From: an uncultured Pseudomonadota bacterium
Lineage (GTDB): Bacteria > Myxococcota_A > Polyangia > Fen-1088
Length of the DNA stretch: 64,000 bases
Assembly: GCA_963847705.1 (NCBI GenBank)
Contig: CAWKBC010000032.1
Location: 64,001 to 128,000 of the forward strand
Direction of reading: 5' to 3'
Position numbers and translations under genes: made by a program. Shown piece by piece: positions 17,169-27,401 of the stretch. The notes under the pieces were generated by a model. It ran no database searches. It was not told the origin of the DNA and saw only the letters and a list, made by a program, of their open reading frames with translations. Positions within the stretch are counted from its first letter, which is position 1. The number at the start of each line of letters is the position of its first letter.

Positions 17169-19610
17169 TCACCGCAGCTCGACGATGCTGACGCCGTCGC
17201 CGCCCTGACGGGAGGTCCCGGGGGCCCAGCGCGTGACGTAGGGGGAGTCGTCGAGGTAGGCGCGGACCCGCTTGCGGAGAGCGCCGGTGCCGTGGCCGTG
17301 AATGACCACCAGGTGGCTCTGCCCCGACAGCGCCGCGCGATCGAGCGCCGCCTCGACGGCGGCGAGCGCGTCGTCGCTGGTCTGCCCGCGCAGATCGGCC
17401 GTCGGCGAGCTCCCCTGGGAGACGAGCGCCAGCGCGTCCTCCGAGGGACGCACATCGCGCGCTGGTGCCTGAGACCCTTTGGTGGCTGCGGCGGCCGCGC
17501 GGGCCGCCTGGCGCGGCGGGCCGGCGACCGGCCGCAGCTCGTCGGCCCCGACCTCGAAGGTCATCTTGCCGACGGTCACCTTGGCGCGGCCGCGCGCATC
17601 GGGGAGCTGGGCGATGACGCCGTTCGCGCCGAGGCGCTCGACGCGCACGCGCGCCCCGAGCTCCAGCGCCGGCGGCTCGACGACGGCTGCCGCGTCCGGA
17701 CGCGGCAGCCTGGCCAGCGCCGCGGCCCCGACCCGGGCCAGCTCCTCGCGGCCCGCCTCCGCGGCGCGCGCCGTGCCCCCCTCCTGCGCGCGGCGGACCA
17801 CGCCCCGGATCTCCTCGCGCGCCTCGGCGATCGCAGCCTCGACCGCCTCACGTGACTTGTGGCCGAGGTCGCGCTCCCGGCGGGCCAGCGCCTCCGCGGC
17901 CTCGCGCTGCGCCTCCGCCGTGCTGCGGGCGGAGGCTTCGGCCTCGGCGAGCCGCTCGGCGTCGCGTCCCAGCGCCGCCTCGCGCGCCTCCAGCCGCGCG
18001 ATCGCCGACTCCAGCCCCACGCTGGAGCCGCCCGCCAGCGTCCGTGCCCGTTCGAGCAGGGCCTCCGGCAGCCCCATCCGCGCCGCGATGTCGAAGGCAT
18101 ACGCCCGCCCCGGCGCGCCGACCGCCAGCCGGAAGGTCGGGCGCAGCCGCTCGAGGTCGTACTCCATCCCCGCGTTGGCGAAGCGCGGATCGCTCTCGCC
18201 CAGCGCCTTGAGGCTGTCGTAGTGCGTGGTGATCACCGCCAGCACCGGCCGCTCGGCCAGCGTCTCGGCGGTGGCGCGCGCCAGCGCCGCCCCCTGGTCC
18301 GGGTTGGTGCCGGCCATCAGCTCGTCGAGCAGCACCAGCGCGGAGCCCGCGACGGAGGCGTTCAGGATCTCGGCGACGTTCGCCAGGTGCCCCGAGAACG
18401 TCGACAGATCGCCGAGCACCGACTGCCGATCGCCGATGTCGGCCCGCACGGCGTCGAAGAAGCCGATCCGGCTGCCGGGGGCCGCCGCCACCAGCAGGCC
18501 CGCGCGCGCCATCAGCGCGGCCAGCCCGACCGTCTTCATGAGCACCGTCTTGCCGCCCGCGTTCGGGCCGCTGACGATCAGGACGCGCGCCGCCGGACCA
18601 CCGAGCGCGACGTCGTTGGCCACGACCGCGCCCTTCGCCCCCGATTCGGCGTGGGCGAGCGCCAGCAAAGGGTGGCGGGCTTCTTTCAAATCCACGATCG
18701 GTTCTTCGACGATCGAGATCGCCGTGCCACCGTACGCAACCCCCAGTCGCGCCGCCGCCGCCAGCGCGTCGAGCTCGGCCAGCACGGCCGCGGTCTTGCG
18801 AAGCATGGGCGCGACTGCCGCGACGTCGCCTGTGAGGGCTTCGAGAATCCGCCGCGACTCACGCCGGATGTCGAGCTCCACGACCTTCAGCCGGTTGTTC
18901 GCCGCGACCAGCGCGGTGGGCTCGACGAACACCGTCTCGCCGGTTCGCGAGGTGTCGTGCACAATTCCCAGGCCCAGTGACTTGGCGGACGCTTTGAGCG
19001 GCAACACAAACCGCTCCGCGCGCACCGTAAAAAACTGATCTTGCAGCACGGAGACGTATTCATCCGATCGCATCACCTTCTCGATCGCACCACGCGCATT
19101 CTCGGCCAGCCCCTTGCGCTCCTCCCGCAACCGGGCCAGCTCCGGCGACGCCGCGTCGCTGATCTCCCCGGAGGCATCGAACGTGGCGGCGATCGTCCGC
19201 GCCAGCCCACGCGGCGGATCGAGCTTCGCCGCCAGCCCCGTCACCTCCGGCGTCGCCGGTCGCGACCCGTCGACGCCCGCCCTCCCGAAGAACGCCCGCC
19301 GCGCCCCCTCGGCGATCTCGGTCAGCACGGCGACCGGACGAAGCTCGTCGGCTCCGAGCACGATCCCCTTCTCCGCCGAGGAGAGCGCCGCCTCGATCTC
19401 CGGCGCGGCCAGCGAGGGGAGCGACTCCCCCTCCCGCAACAGCGCGGCCAACTCCGCCACCGCAGCCATCCGTCGCAGGGCCTCGCCAGAATCGACAGCC
19501 AGCGACAGGTCGAGACAGAGCGCTTCCCCGGCAGCCGACTGCGCTTCTGCTGCGAGACGCTTTAGCAGCTCAACCCAGTCGAGAACGCCGTGGAGAAGGG
19601 AGTGCGTCAC
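17169..19610 (-). CDS. mutS2: Endonuclease MutS2 with Smr domain
   Basis: GIVHDTSRTGETVFVEP, SGPNAGGKT, LSTFSGHL, LLDELMAGTNP, TTHY; Smr domain DLRG...IHGHGTGALR. Confidence 0.95.
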   Translation of the reverse strand: MTHSLLHGVLDWVELLKRLAAEAQSAAGEALCLDLSLAVDSGEALRRMAAVAELAALLREGESLPSLAAPEIEAALSSAEKGIVLGADELRPVAVLTEIAEGARRAFFGRAGVDGSRPATPEVTGLAAKLDPPRGLARTIAATFDASGEISDAASPELARLREERKGLAENARGAIEKVMRSDEYVSVLQDQFFTVRAERFVLPLKASAKSLGLGIVHDTSRTGETVFVEPTALVAANNRLKVVELDIRRESRRILEALTGDVAAVAPMLRKTAAVLAELDALAAAARLGVAYGGTAISIVEEPIVDLKEARHPLLALAHAESGAKGAVVANDVALGGPAARVLIVSGPNAGGKTVLMKTVGLAALMARAGLLVAAAPGSRIGFFDAVRADIGDRQSVLGDLSTFSGHLANVAEILNASVAGSALVLLDELMAGTNPDQGAALARATAETLAERPVLAVITTHYDSLKALGESDPRFANAGMEYDLERLRPTFRLAVGAPGRAYAFDIAARMGLPEALLERARTLAGGSSVGLESAIARLEAREAALGRDAERLAEAEASARSTAEAQREAAEALARRERDLGHKSREAVEAAIAEAREEIRGVVRRAQEGGTARAAEAGREELARVGAAALARLPRPDAAAVVEPPALELGARVRVERLGANGVIAQLPDARGRAKVTVGKMTFEVGADELRPVAGPPRQAARAAAAATKGSQAPARDVRPSEDALALVSQGSSPTADLRGQTSDDALAAVEAALDRAALSGQSHLVVIHGHGTGALRKRVRAYLDDSPYVTRWAPGTSRQGGDGVSIVELR

Positions 19611-19907
19611 TTCGACAGTCTAGCCGAACCCGGTCCCACCTAAGCTGTGGACACCGCTGTTAAGACGCGTCCGCCCCTCGAGGGACCCATGGTGTGGACA
19701 CGTCTCGCGTCGGCCGTTTCAGGAACTCAGCCGCGGCCGAAAGAGACCGAGGCTATTGAGCGTTCGGTCAGACGGAGCCTGGTACCCCTGATTTCGATCG
19801 CGACCGGGCCAGGCCGCTTCTGCCCGTCGGGCCCGGGCGAGCTCACGCATTGCCAGTCACGGTTCCTGCTCGGCGCGCCTGAGACGCCGGTCCCCGCGGT
19901 TGGCCTC

Positions 19908-21374
19908 CTACGGCTTATCGATGGTGATGACCAGGTCGCAGGGGAAGTTGAACTTGATGTCGACGGTGCTCGGGCTGCGGAGTTGGGAGCAGGCGTCACC
20001 AAACAGCTCCAAGGTCGTCGACGTCATTGTCCCCTGGCTGTTGGTGGTGATGTTGTCCATGTACCAACCGTCCGTCTTGCTCGAGTCGAGCGAGAGGACG
20101 GTCTTCTTGCCTGCGTTGTCGACGAGGTACACCTGCGCCTCGGTGAGCTTGGTGGTGTCGATCTGGAACTGCGACAGGTCGAAGACGCAGCTGCGCACGC
20201 CCGAAAGAGCGCTCGAGAGCTGCGCGACGAGCATGCTCTCGTCCGCCGCGTTCGGCGTATACGGCACGGTCGGCCCCATCGTCGTGGAGTAGGTGCCGAG
20301 CGTGTCGCCGCGGGCGGGCGCGGTCCCCTTTGCGGCGAGATCGGCGGCCCAGCCCGCGACGCCGTCGCACTGATCGTAGAAGTCGAAGCTGCTTCCGCCT
20401 GCCTTCACCGGTGCCAGCGTCGGCTCGCCGGCTCCGGCGTTGGCGAACGCCTGCAACACCCCGGGCGCCAGATCGAACAGCGTCGACTGAATCCCGAAGA
20501 CGATCGTCTTGATCCCGGCCGCGTTCGCGGTTTGAAGTTTCCAGACCACCGAGTCGGGGGCGCAAAGCGAGTTCGAGTCGTCGCAATAGTCCGGCTGGCC
20601 GTCGGTGATGAGCAGGATGTACTTGTCGCCTGGATCGGTATCGGCCATCAGCGCCGTGGTGACGTTCCCCAGCGACTCGCTGATCGGCGACTCGAACTTG
20701 ACGCCCGCCGCCGTGCTGTCGGGAGGGTACGGCAAACTGTCGTACTTGGTCGCGATGGTGGCGGCGTTGTCCAGCGCCGGCGGCACGGCGTCGGTCAGCA
20801 TCCCCTGGATCGAGGGACACATCCCGCCGGTGTTCGCCGGGTTCGTCCCCCAGACGGTGGTGAATCCGAACCGCACTTGCGAATCGAGCTGAGGCAGCAC
20901 CTGCTCGATCGCCGCCTTCAGGTTGTACCACTCGGTGTTCGTCATATCGACGGTGTTGGTCTGGGTGTTCATGCAGACCGGATCGCCCGTGCTTTCGTTC
21001 GGCATCGCCGTCAGACAGTGGAACATGCTGCCCGACCGATCGACGAGCAGATAGACCGTCGGATTGGTGGGCGCGAACATGACGTCGGAGGTCTGACAGC
21101 CGGCGGCGTCCGTGGGGCCGGCGTCGCCCGTGATCATGATGTCGCCGCCGCCGCCCCCGTCTCCGCTGGTGACAACGACGCCGCCGGTCCCCTTGCTGCC
21201 GCCGGAGGAGCCCCCCTGGCCGGTCAAGTTGCCGCTGCCGCCGCTGCCGGCGAGGCTGGCCGAGACGCCGGCCTTGCACCCGAACGCGCCGAGCAAAAGC
21301 GCGCTGCAAGCGGCGATCAAAATCGGCGCAAGCGCGCCTCCAAAGGCGCGTTCACGATAAGCGAAGTGAGTCAC
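19908..21374 (-). CDS. vWA-domain lipoprotein (myxobacterial type)
   Basis: AGGAGG SD before GTG 21374; lipobox AFG-C; MIDAS motif LVDRSGSM and ITDGQP; C-terminal SCVFDL...GW...ELFGDAC. Confidence 0.82.
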   Translation of the reverse strand: MTHFAYRERAFGGALAPILIAACSALLLGAFGCKAGVSASLAGSGGSGNLTGQGGSSGGSKGTGGVVVTSGDGGGGGDIMITGDAGPTDAAGCQTSDVMFAPTNPTVYLLVDRSGSMFHCLTAMPNESTGDPVCMNTQTNTVDMTNTEWYNLKAAIEQVLPQLDSQVRFGFTTVWGTNPANTGGMCPSIQGMLTDAVPPALDNAATIATKYDSLPYPPDSTAAGVKFESPISESLGNVTTALMADTDPGDKYILLITDGQPDYCDDSNSLCAPDSVVWKLQTANAAGIKTIVFGIQSTLFDLAPGVLQAFANAGAGEPTLAPVKAGGSSFDFYDQCDGVAGWAADLAAKGTAPARGDTLGTYSTTMGPTVPYTPNAADESMLVAQLSSALSGVRSCVFDLSQFQIDTTKLTEAQVYLVDNAGKKTVLSLDSSKTDGWYMDNITTNSQGTMTSTTLELFGDACSQLRSPSTVDIKFNFPCDLVITIDKP

Positions 21375-21644
21375 GGGGCCTCCTGGAAAAACACTTACAT
21401 TATCACGAGCCCGCCGCCAAGGTCGTTGCGTCACGCCCCGCTGGCACTCGCCGCCGCGACCGTCTCCGGCCAGGCTGGAGTGCGCCTGCCGCGGTCGGTC
21501 AGAAACCGCGGGAAGATCTGTCTCCCGAGCGCTCCATCACCCGGCCACGACGCCGCGCACGCGCTTCGTTCGAGGTGGCTTCTCAGCTTTCGCTCGTGTT
21601 AATTTGGGCGCTTCCTGACGGGGGGCGGTGGCCGAGTTCCATTA

Positions 21645-24600
21645 ATGAAGTCCTTACTTTCGATCGCAGCGGCATTGTTCTTGGCGGCGGCGTTGGCCGG
21701 ATGTGGCGGTGGGGGCGGTGGGTCCCCCTCCCACAAGGACGCCAGTTTCGACGGGCCCGACATGAAGAAGGTGATGCTCCACCCCGACGGTGGGCCCGTC
21801 GACGGCGGTGACGCGTCGACCATCAACACCTGCGGCGCGAATGGCCCGGCGTTGGTCCTCGGCGACACCTGTAGCTGCGACGCCGAGTGCGGAAGCAACC
21901 ACTGCGTCGAGGGGGTCTGCTGCAACACCGCCTGCACGAGTGGCTGCCAGACCTGCACCGCGGCCGAATCGCCGGGCACCTGCCTGGCGCGCGCGGCGAA
22001 GTCGGCGCCCCGCAAAGCCTCTGACTGCGTGGCGGACTCCCCGCCCAGCTGCGGGATGAACGGGTTCTGCGACGGCGCAGGCGCCTGCCAGAACTACCTC
22101 GGCAACACCTGCGTGGGCGGCACCTGCAGCGGCGACTCGGTGCTGGGCGCATTCGCCTGTGACGGCTCCGGGGCTTGCAAGGCGGGCGTCACGCAGATGC
22201 TCTGCATCCCCTACAGCTGCGACACGAACACGGGGATGTGCTTCCAGTCCTGTACCTCGGCGCAAGGGGGGCAGTGCGACCCGACGCACTCCTGCGACCT
22301 CACCACCGGGAGTTGCGGCAAGGTCGGAATCGGCGCCCACTGCAGCGCCGACGGCGATTGCATCTCGGGCAACTGCGCGGACAGCGTCTGCTGCAACATC
22401 GCCTGCAAGGGCGCCTGCGTCGCCTGCAACCTCCCCGGCCGGCTCGGCGCCTGCTCGGCGATCGACTCCGGAAAGCCCGACCCGCGCGGCGTTTGCAAGG
22501 ATCAGGGGGTGGCGAGCTGCGGCCACAACGGGACCTGCGACGGCGTGGGCGGCTGCGCCAACTACGCCCGCGACACCCAGTGCCTCGAGCCGTCGTGCAC
22601 CGGCAACCGCCTCAACACGGCGGGGACCTGCGACGGTCTCGGCACCTGCCGGCCCCCCGGCGTCCAGGACTGCCATCCGTTCCGCTGCCTCGACGGCGCC
22701 TGCACCACGTCCTGCCAGACGGTGGACGACTGCGATCAGGGAACCGCCTGCCTCCCGGGCACCAACGGGATGATGACCTGCGGCCCCAAGCCCCTCGGCG
22801 CCAGCTGCCAGGCGGCCAGCGAATGCTCCAGCAACTTCTGCGTCGACGGCGTCTGCTGCCAGAGCGCCTGCGGCGGGACCTGTCAGTACTGCGCCTTGCC
22901 GACCTCGCCCGGCTTCTGCATGACCGTCGCCGCCGACAACCCCGATCCGCGCGGCCTCTGCCAGGACAAGGGCGCCGCCTCGTGCAGCACGAACGGCAAG
23001 TGTGACGGCACCGGGAGCTGCGAGACCTATGCCCAGGGGACCGTCTGCGCCAGCCAGACCTGCGTGAGCGGCGTCTTCACGGCGGCATCGACCTGCAACA
23101 CGACCGGCCAGTGCGTCGCCCCCGATTCACGCGCCTGCGCCCCTTACGTCTGCAACGGCCCGGTCTGCTTCGACTCCTGTGACAGCAACCTGCAGTGCAA
23201 CAGCCCCAACACCTGCGGCGCGGTCGCGGCGAACTCCTGCGGGCTCAAGAGCCAGGGCGCCGTCTGCGGCGGCACGGCAGAGTGCCAGGCCGGGCTCACC
23301 TGCGCCCAGGGGTACTGCTGCAACTCGGCCTGCACCGGCGCCTGCCAGTCGTGCGCGCTCGCGAACACGCTCGGGACCTGCACCAACGTTCCGGTGAGTC
23401 AGGCCGATCCGACCGGGCAGTGCGTGGACAAGCTGGCCCCGTCTTGCAACACCAACGGCAAGTGCGACGGCAACGGCGGTTGCCAGCTCTACGTGCAGGG
23501 GACGGCCTGCCTCGGCTCGACCTGCCCTGCCGGGTCCTCGACCTTCACCGGCACGTCGACCTGCGACGGCGCCGGCAGCTGCGTGACGCCCAACGCCGCC
23601 CCCTGCTTCCCCTACCAGTGCGGCGCGAACATCTGCAAGAACTCCTGCACCGCCAACTCCGACTGCGCCTCCCCGGCGGTCTGCATCAACGGCTCTTGCG
23701 GGCTCAAGCCGCCCGGACAGGCCTGCGTGACGGCCGCCGAGTGCTCGTCCAACTTCTGCTCGCAGTCGGTCTGCTGCGCCACCGCCTGCACCGGGGCCTG
23801 CCAGTCTTGCGCGCTCACCACCGCGCCCGGCACCTGCAGCAACGTTCCGAACGGCACCGCCGATCCGCAGGGGACCTGCCACGACCAGGGGAACACCACC
23901 TGTGGCGCCGACGGCTTCTGCGACGGCAACGGCGCCTGCCGGAAGTACGCCGGCGGCACCTCCTGCGCCGCACCCTCCTGCCCGTCCGGCAGCCAGACGT
24001 TGACTTCGGGCCGCACCTGCGACGGAAAAGGAACCTGCCAGGCGGCCTCGACGATCGCCTGCGCTCCCTACGTGTGCAACGGAAGCACAGCCTGCAAGGC
24101 GGCCTGCGCGGCGGACACCGACTGCAGCCAGTCGCCCACCGTGGAGATCTGCGACACCAAGGTCGGTCTCTGCGGCACCAAGCACCGCCTCGGACAGTCC
24201 TGCACCCAGTCGAGCGATTGCCTCACCGGCAACAGCTGCGTCGACGGCGTCTGCTGCAGCGCCACCGCCTGCCCGACCTGCCAGGCCTGCAACATCACCG
24301 GCAGCGCGGGGAATTGCGCCAATGTGCCGGCCAGCAACCTGGAACCACACGGCCTCTGCGCGACCAGCCCGCCCTGCGGCAACACCGGCGCCTGCGACGG
24401 CGCGGGGAAGTGCCAGCTCGGCGGGACCGGCGTCTCGTGCGGCACGGCCACCTGCAGCGGCTCCACCTTCACGCCGGTTTCGCACTGCAACGGCACGGGG
24501 GCCTGCGCCGCGCCCGTCTCGTCGACCTGCCCGGGTGGCTTCGTCTGCGACACGACCAACGCGACTTGCAAGACCGCCTGCGCCCTCGACACCGACTGCG

Positions 24601-27233
24601 TCGCGCCGCTCACCTGTCAGGGCTCCGGCTCGACCAAGAGCTGCGCGCTCAAGCCGAACGGTCAGACCTGCGCCTCCGCCAGCCAGTGCATCAGCGGCTT
24701 CTGCACCGATGGCGTCTGCTGCGGCAGCGGCCCCTGTGGCACCTGCAAGGCCTGCAACGTGAACGGGGCCGGGAGCTGCGCGCCCATCGCGACCGGCACG
24801 ACCGCCCCCAGCGGCCAGTGCGCCGCCAACGGCACCTGCGGCAACACCGGCACCTGCAACGGCGCCGGCGCCTGCACGCAGACAGCGACCACCGTGAGCT
24901 GCGCGGCGGCGTCCTGCACCGGCACCACCTTCACCCCGAAGGCGTTCTGCTCCGGCGGCGGCAGCTGCTCGACCGCGACGACCTCCAGCTGCGCCCCCTA
25001 TGTCTGCGGCAGCACCAGCTGCAACACCACCTGCAATGTCGACGGCGACTGCGTGCCCGCCGGCGGCAACAACAGCTACTGCACCGGGACCGGCGGAGCG
25101 TGCCTCCCCGTCAAGGCGAGCGGCGTCGCCTGCTTCTCCAACCACGAATGCGGCAGCGGAAACTGCGTCGACGGCGTCTGCTGCGGCACCGCGAGCTGCC
25201 CGACCTGTCAGGCCTGCAACGTCACCGGCAGCGCCGGCACCTGCGCCAACGTGGCCAACACGGTCGCCGAGCCGCACGCCCGCTGCGCGGCCAACGGGAC
25301 CTGCGGGAACACGGGCACCTGCAACGGCGCCGGCGCCTGCACGCAGATGGCGACCGGCGTGAGCTGCGCCGCCGCTTCGTGCAGCGGCACCACCTTCACG
25401 CCGACCGCCTTCTGCTCGGGGAGCGGCACCTGCTCGACCCCGAGCACCGCCAGCTGCGCGCCGTATGTTTGCAGCGGCACGAGTTGCAGCAACTCGTGCA
25501 GCAGCGACATCCAGTGCGTGGCGAGCGGGGGGACCAGCACCTACTGCACGGGCACCAACGGCAGCTGCCTCCCGGTCAAGTCGCTCGGCGTCGCTTGCCT
25601 GTCGAACCACGAGTGCGGCAGCGGAAACTGCGTCGACGGCGTCTGCTGCAGCACCGCGAGCTGCGGCACCTGCATGGCCTGCAACGTCTCCGGCAGCCCC
25701 GGCACCTGCGCCAACGTGGCCAACACGGTCACCGAGCCGCACGGCCGCTGCACCGCCAACGGCACCTGTGGCAACACCGGCACCTGCAACGGCAGCGGCG
25801 CCTGCACCCAGGCGGCAACCGGTGTGCCTTGCGGGGTTGCGTCCTGCAGTGGGACCACCTTCACCCCGGTGGCGTTCTGCAACGGCGCCGGAGCCTGCTC
25901 CGCCGCCACGACGTCCAGCTGCTCCCCCTACCTCTGCAGCGGCTCGAGCTGCAGCAGCTCGTGCAGCGCCGACACCGACTGCGTGAACACCACCGGCAAC
26001 AACAACTACTGCACCGGCACCAACGGCAGCTGCCTCCCGGTGAAGTCGAACGGGGTGGCCTGCCTCACCAACCACGAGTGCGGCAGCAACTTCTGCGTCG
26101 ACGGCGTCTGCTGCGCCAGCAACAGCTGCGGAACCTGCCTGGCCTGCAACGTCTCGGGGAGCCTCGGCTCCTGCGCCAACGTCGCCAGCAACGTCACCGA
26201 CCCGCACGCCCGCTGCACGCCGGGCGGGACCTGCGGCAACACCGGCGCCTGCAACGGCAGCGGCGCCTGCCAGCAGCAGCCGACCACCGTGATGTGCAGC
26301 GCCCCCTCCTGCAGCATGGGGACCGCCGTCTTGGCGTCGTTCTGCTCGGGAGCCGGAAGCTGCCCGGCGGCCACGACCGCCAGCTGCGGCGACTACGCGT
26401 GCGGGACCACGAGCTGCAAGATCAGCTGCACCGCCGACAGCGACTGTATCGCCACCGACTACTGCACCTCGGCCGGCGCCTGCACGCCCCGGAAGGCGCT
26501 CGGGAAGGCATGCGCGGTCGGTGACGAGTGCGGGAGCGGCTTCTGCATCGACGGTGCCTGCTGCATGACGAACGGCTGCGGGACCTGCCAGTCGTGCAAC
26601 CTCAACAGCACCACCGCCGGCACCTGCTCGCCGATCGCCTCCGGTCAGGCGGCGCCAGCCGGTCAGTGCACCGTTGGCGCGACCTGCGGCAACACCGGGC
26701 TCTGCAACGGCGCCAGCGGCTGCCAGCAACGGGCGAGTGGCACCAGCTGTGGCGCCGCCTCCTGCCCCACCAACTCTTCGCAGTTCACGGCCGCCTCCAC
26801 CTGCAACGGCAGCGGGAGCTGCGTCACCCCCAGCCCGACCACCTGCGGGTCCGGGACGCTCAAGTGCACCGCCAGCGGCTGCCCGAGCAGCTGCACCGTC
26901 GACACCGACTGCGTCAGCGGCAACTACTGCAGCAGCGGCGCCTGCGTGGCACAACAGTCGACCGGCAGCTGCACGAGCGGTGACCAGTGCACCACGGGCA
27001 ACTGCACGAACGGGTTCTGCTGCAACGTCTCCGCCTGCCCGACCTGCCAGACCTGCGGCGCCAGCGGCCTCTGCGTCCCGCTCCCCTCGACCACGGTCTG
27101 CGCCAGCTCCTGCGCCGTCGGCAACATCTCCCTCACCCAGAACTTCTGCGACTCTGGCGCCTGCAGCCTCATTCCCGTGATCACCCTCTGTCCCACGCTG
27201 GTCTGCGACCCCACCGTCCCGACCTGCCAGTAG
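21645..27233 (+). CDS. Giant Cys-rich tandem-repeat lipoprotein (1862 aa, 12 units of about 150 aa)
   Basis: Lipobox LAG-C; 12 CxxGxCxDGVCC-type anchors; three units exactly 465 bp apart (25141, 25606, 26071). Confidence 0.88.
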   Translation: MKSLLSIAAALFLAAALAGCGGGGGGSPSHKDASFDGPDMKKVMLHPDGGPVDGGDASTINTCGANGPALVLGDTCSCDAECGSNHCVEGVCCNTACTSGCQTCTAAESPGTCLARAAKSAPRKASDCVADSPPSCGMNGFCDGAGACQNYLGNTCVGGTCSGDSVLGAFACDGSGACKAGVTQMLCIPYSCDTNTGMCFQSCTSAQGGQCDPTHSCDLTTGSCGKVGIGAHCSADGDCISGNCADSVCCNIACKGACVACNLPGRLGACSAIDSGKPDPRGVCKDQGVASCGHNGTCDGVGGCANYARDTQCLEPSCTGNRLNTAGTCDGLGTCRPPGVQDCHPFRCLDGACTTSCQTVDDCDQGTACLPGTNGMMTCGPKPLGASCQAASECSSNFCVDGVCCQSACGGTCQYCALPTSPGFCMTVAADNPDPRGLCQDKGAASCSTNGKCDGTGSCETYAQGTVCASQTCVSGVFTAASTCNTTGQCVAPDSRACAPYVCNGPVCFDSCDSNLQCNSPNTCGAVAANSCGLKSQGAVCGGTAECQAGLTCAQGYCCNSACTGACQSCALANTLGTCTNVPVSQADPTGQCVDKLAPSCNTNGKCDGNGGCQLYVQGTACLGSTCPAGSSTFTGTSTCDGAGSCVTPNAAPCFPYQCGANICKNSCTANSDCASPAVCINGSCGLKPPGQACVTAAECSSNFCSQSVCCATACTGACQSCALTTAPGTCSNVPNGTADPQGTCHDQGNTTCGADGFCDGNGACRKYAGGTSCAAPSCPSGSQTLTSGRTCDGKGTCQAASTIACAPYVCNGSTACKAACAADTDCSQSPTVEICDTKVGLCGTKHRLGQSCTQSSDCLTGNSCVDGVCCSATACPTCQACNITGSAGNCANVPASNLEPHGLCATSPPCGNTGACDGAGKCQLGGTGVSCGTATCSGSTFTPVSHCNGTGACAAPVSSTCPGGFVCDTTNATCKTACALDTDCVAPLTCQGSGSTKSCALKPNGQTCASASQCISGFCTDGVCCGSGPCGTCKACNVNGAGSCAPIATGTTAPSGQCAANGTCGNTGTCNGAGACTQTATTVSCAAASCTGTTFTPKAFCSGGGSCSTATTSSCAPYVCGSTSCNTTCNVDGDCVPAGGNNSYCTGTGGACLPVKASGVACFSNHECGSGNCVDGVCCGTASCPTCQACNVTGSAGTCANVANTVAEPHARCAANGTCGNTGTCNGAGACTQMATGVSCAAASCSGTTFTPTAFCSGSGTCSTPSTASCAPYVCSGTSCSNSCSSDIQCVASGGTSTYCTGTNGSCLPVKSLGVACLSNHECGSGNCVDGVCCSTASCGTCMACNVSGSPGTCANVANTVTEPHGRCTANGTCGNTGTCNGSGACTQAATGVPCGVASCSGTTFTPVAFCNGAGACSAATTSSCSPYLCSGSSCSSSCSADTDCVNTTGNNNYCTGTNGSCLPVKSNGVACLTNHECGSNFCVDGVCCASNSCGTCLACNVSGSLGSCANVASNVTDPHARCTPGGTCGNTGACNGSGACQQQPTTVMCSAPSCSMGTAVLASFCSGAGSCPAATTASCGDYACGTTSCKISCTADSDCIATDYCTSAGACTPRKALGKACAVGDECGSGFCIDGACCMTNGCGTCQSCNLNSTTAGTCSPIASGQAAPAGQCTVGATCGNTGLCNGASGCQQRASGTSCGAASCPTNSSQFTAASTCNGSGSCVTPSPTTCGSGTLKCTASGCPSSCTVDTDCVSGNYCSSGACVAQQSTGSCTSGDQCTTGNCTNGFCCNVSACPTCQTCGASGLCVPLPSTTVCASSCAVGNISLTQNFCDSGACSLIPVITLCPTLVCDPTVPTCQ

Positions 27234-27234
27234 T

Positions 27235-27313
27235 CATGGGAACCCTGGGAGGGTTCCCAAACCCTCCCGCAACGGGCTCGAGCGAGCAAAGCTCGCTCTC
27301 CCCCGACGCGATC
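27235..27313. repeat. Dispersed palindromic repeat, module A + module B (single unit)
   Basis: CATGGGAACCCT-GGG-AGGGTTCCCA-AACCCTCC-CGCAACGGGCTCGAGCGAGC-AAA-GCTCGCTCTCCCCCGACGCGATC; starts 2 nt after the TAG of the giant lipoprotein gene. Confidence 0.9.
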
Positions 27314-27401
27314 AGCATCCGCAGCGGAGCCGAGACTCGCCCAAAGAGGCTGCGGGGGCCTGGTGTCACTCCGACGCGAGCTCGCAGGCCGCTCTGATCG
27401 G

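Noticed and set aside
18680-19100. Slight GC dip in mutS2
   Set aside because: Weaker and shorter than the metG patch; I cannot distinguish it from normal variation by eye.
19640-19705. TGTGGACAC direct repeat upstream of mutS2
   Set aside because: Only 9 bp in two copies, too weak to call a site without comparative data.
23127-26954. Long antisense or alternative-frame ORFs (e.g. 1275 aa at 23127-26954, 1109 aa at 23195-26524, 1112 aa at 2490-5828)
   Set aside because: These are shadow ORFs of GC-rich coding DNA: Arg/Ala/Gly-rich, no motifs, and fully overlapping well-supported genes.
27230-27240. GTAG tetranucleotide (RAYT-type REP foot) before the repeat, also at 47479
   Set aside because: Both instances include the upstream gene's TAG stop, and the motif is absent from the 17.1-kb, 62-kb and internal copies. 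It is not accepted as part of the element.
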